Below are positions 63,527 to 64,000 of a stretch of DNA of 64,000 bases, piece after piece (position 1 is the stretch's first letter; every line of letters starts with the position of its first letter). The position numbers were made by a program, and so were the translations under genes. Source of the stretch: Pristiophorus japonicus (Eukaryota); assembly GCF_044704955.1 (NCBI RefSeq), contig NC_091989.1, forward strand, positions 85,312,001-85,376,000, read 5' to 3'. The notes beneath the pieces were generated by a model, which saw only the letters and a program-made list of their open reading frames with translations, ran no database searches and was not told where the DNA came from.

Positions 63527-64000
63527 ATCAAGCCCGGTTCAATGAGTGTAGAAGACAAGGCCATGAAACGCATCAGCTGTAATTGAAAATGATGTGGTAA
63601 GCTGGTGAAGTTTCAACGGAGAATTGCATGCAAGCAGAGTTATATTGACAGAGCTAATTGATCCCACAACCAACAATTCAGGTCTAAGATCTGCAGTCCT
63701 GCCATATCCATTTGTGAATGGTGGTGGAAAGTTAAGCAGGAAGTTCCATTAATATCCCCATCCTCATCAATGACGGAGTCCAGCAGTTGAGTCCAAATGA
63801 CAAGTCTGAAAGATTCGCAACATTCCACAACCCGAAGTGTCAAGTGGATGATCTATCGCGACATCTTCCTGAAGTCACCACCTTCACACATTCCAGTCTT
63901 CAGTCAATTTTATTCACTCCACGTGATATCACGAAACTGCTCAGCGCATTGCATTAAGCAAGACTATCGGCCCTGAGAAAATCTAAGCTGTAGATGCTAT
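63527..64000 (+). mobile_element. Degenerate LINE ORF2 fragment (endonuclease-RT linker), running off the window
   Basis: IKP..FNECRR, RSKICSPAISICEWWW, KCQVDD, FTPRDITKLLSAL...GPE. Confidence 0.65.

Overview
Vertebrate genomic DNA, most likely from a cartilaginous fish (inferred from the repeat families and gene types). It is dominated by retroelements. 1-11.5 kb holds two head-to-tail, GC-rich, disrupted Tx1-type LINE copies. The rest carries nested CR1 LINEs, L2, RTE, Penelope-like and SINE remnants, plus a decayed LTR element with integrase and a possible env. Embedded among these are two divergently oriented immunoglobulin-superfamily receptor genes about 35 kb apart, reconstructed here from splice sites and hand translation. 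Both have a leader / germline-joined VJ-like domain / C1 domain / TM layout. Gene A (minus strand, 18531-13734, 7 exons) has a SIRP-alpha-like four-tyrosine tail whose first tyrosine codon is TAA, inside a skippable phase 0-0 exon. Gene B (plus strand, 53699-56181) is a paralog with Cys>Trp and Trp>stop lesions in its V exon. No prokaryotic features, rRNA, tRNA or CRISPR array were found. Repeat boundaries are approximate and family names come from recognised motifs, not database searches.
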